A DNA stretch of 64,000 bases from Bugula neritina (lineage: Eukaryota > Animalia > Bryozoa). The notes beneath the pieces were generated by a model. The model was not told the origin of the DNA. It did no database searches and worked only from the letters and a program-made list of their open reading frames with translations. A program made the position numbers and the translations under genes. Shown piece by piece: positions 63,401 through 64,000 of the stretch (its first letter is position 1; every line of letters starts with the position of its first letter). The stretch lies in assembly GCA_964035545.1 (NCBI GenBank), contig OZ037766.1, positions 16,172,722 through 16,236,721 on the forward strand, in the 5' to 3' direction.

Positions 63401-64000
63401 TAAATTTGTATGGTTTTACAGCAAATTTGTCACACTTTGTTTGTCTCCAACGAGCTTGCTTCTAAAAGAACTAAAATTTACAAATAAATAAATAACAGTT
63501 TGAAGTATGAACTCATTATGAAATTTTTATCAAAATAGAGAGTAAATTAGGCTCTAAATTTAATAAATCCCCAAATAAATTTTTTTTTATTTATTTAGTT
63601 ATTATTTGTAGTAAATTTACTTTTTTGCCTTTTTTCAAAACATAAAATTAAGCTGTCTCTCAGAATTTACTAATTGCCAGTACATAGATTTATTTAGAGG
63701 CTGCAGTACACTGTATTATATGAAGATATGTTTTCACTTATTGTAGATGAAGATGCAATACTCCTGTTTACTAACAGATACAACCTCGCCTGTCATTTTC
63801 TCTCAATGACACAGAATTCTACCCTACGACACAGGTGCTGATAAATGCTACTTTGCCCATAGCCTTGGAATTTGACTATTCTACTAGAGAAGTATTCTTT
63901 GGTGCTAGATACTCTATTAACGAGTTTTCTTTACCAGAGCCAGGAAACAATGACTCCTATTCCCGGGCTAGTCTTAAATACTCTTGTTATAACTCATATC
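45420..64000 (+). CDS. Secreted/receptor mosaic protein: signal peptide, 9 LDLa repeats with Ser/Thr linkers, 2 DM13 domains, start of a YWTD propeller (LRP-like); incomplete at the window end
   Basis: Phase-consistent exons: 45420-45474 (MLNYSFLILSVVVFMFDS), 48369-48446, 49850-49966, 50221-50298, 51809-51925, 52181-52258, 53817-53933, 54225-54335, 55997-56674 (5 LDLa, C..CDG..(D/H)C.DG.DE..C), 56961-57017, 57581-57727 (YYGVLI..SGQIYAVDYETIQIIGFSFSG), 58311-58413, 58506-58611, 60406-60571 (HAVRSENITILDEKRIQICSFTYDGQAP), 60773-60857 (DTFFYVG..IPDENG), 61579-61751 (LPAYHQDDIILTLPSGLSIFELKWLAVFD..NLGHV.FP..L.VPP), possible microexon 62941-62964, 63330-63383, 63747- (LLFTNRY..IALEFDYSTREVFF). Confidence 0.85.
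48190..53965 (+). repeat. Three ~1.85-2.0 kb near-identical tandem duplications, each carrying a Ser/Thr exon and an LDLa exon
   Basis: Identical 78-nt exons at 48369, 50221 and 52181; 117-nt LDLa exons at 49850, 51809 and 53817; introns co-linear and nearly identical. Confidence 0.95.
54560..54960 (+). pseudogene. Decayed fourth copy of the Ser/Thr linker exon and its upstream intron
   Basis: Homologous to 48080-48480; the acceptor TACAG|G is changed to TACAA|G and there is an internal deletion. Confidence 0.7.
57581..61751 (+). CDS. Tandem pair of DM13 domains (Skeletor/Knickkopf-type)
   Basis: Motifs YYG..I, SG.(I/V)YAVD..T..I..F.(F/Y)(S/D)G..(P)D.FF.VG, IPDENG...L..Y....I.L.LP....I....WL.V, typical of the DM13 pairs in Skeletor-family proteins. 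Confidence 0.8.
58860..59185 (-). mobile_element. Possible retroposon (SINE or LINE 3' end) with (TAT)n tail
   Basis: GC-richer island ending on the minus strand in a degenerate (ATT)n tail at 58860-58900; only one copy seen. Confidence 0.35.
59316..60084. mobile_element. Kolobok-like non-autonomous DNA transposon
   Basis: TTAA|AGGATTGCTCAATCTT ... AAGATAGAGCAATCCT|TTAA: TTAA TSD, purine-purine (AG) termini, 16-bp TIR with one mismatch, internal GTCACGTGAC palindrome. Not piggyBac-like, whose ends typically start CC. Confidence 0.8.
60939..61423. mobile_element. Foldback-type MITE with ~170-215 bp inverted arms and internal AAAATAGACAATTGG subrepeats
   Basis: Left arm CACGACATTTTGAAAATGACAATTGGAAAACACCT..CAACATGGCCTAGT pairs with right arm ACTAGGCCATGTTG..AGGTGTTTTCCAATTGTTATTTTCGAAATGTCATG; TSD not resolved. 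Confidence 0.8.
61875..62062 (-). mobile_element. SINE-like dispersed repeat (copy 2) with degenerate tRNA-like head
   Basis: On the minus strand, a head with B-box-like GGTTTGATAC precedes the core TGGTAATATTAGGAAGAGCATTCAG; second copy at 39061. Confidence 0.6.

Overview
AT-rich, intron-rich animal (invertebrate-looking) genomic DNA, not prokaryotic; there are no operons, rRNA genes or CRISPR arrays. It holds two divergently oriented loci. (1) Minus strand, 34410 to beyond base 1: a sacsin-like (SACS-family) gene. I could splice it by hand into about 51 in-frame coding exons covering three sacsin repeating regions (each with a GHKL/Hsp90-like sr1). It includes one obligatory GC-AG intron. 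Its introns carry many minisatellites, several of which are tandem copies of the gene's own splice sites. One intron carries a 3.7 kb whole-length quasi-palindromic Sola2-like DNA transposon with an ATAT target-site duplication. (2) Plus strand, 45420 to beyond the window end: a mosaic secreted/receptor gene built as signal peptide - 3x[Ser/Thr linker + LDLa] (recent ~2 kb tandem duplications) - 6 more LDLa - two DM13 domains - linker - start of a YWTD beta-propeller, which is broken by an apparent 1-nt frameshift. Upstream of it is a shorter paralogous copy (41178-43931) with a GT>AT mutated first donor and an early stop. Several non-autonomous elements (Kolobok-, Harbinger-, hAT-like, a foldback element, tRNA-SINE-like) are scattered through the window. 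All domain calls come from motif recognition by eye; no searches were run.
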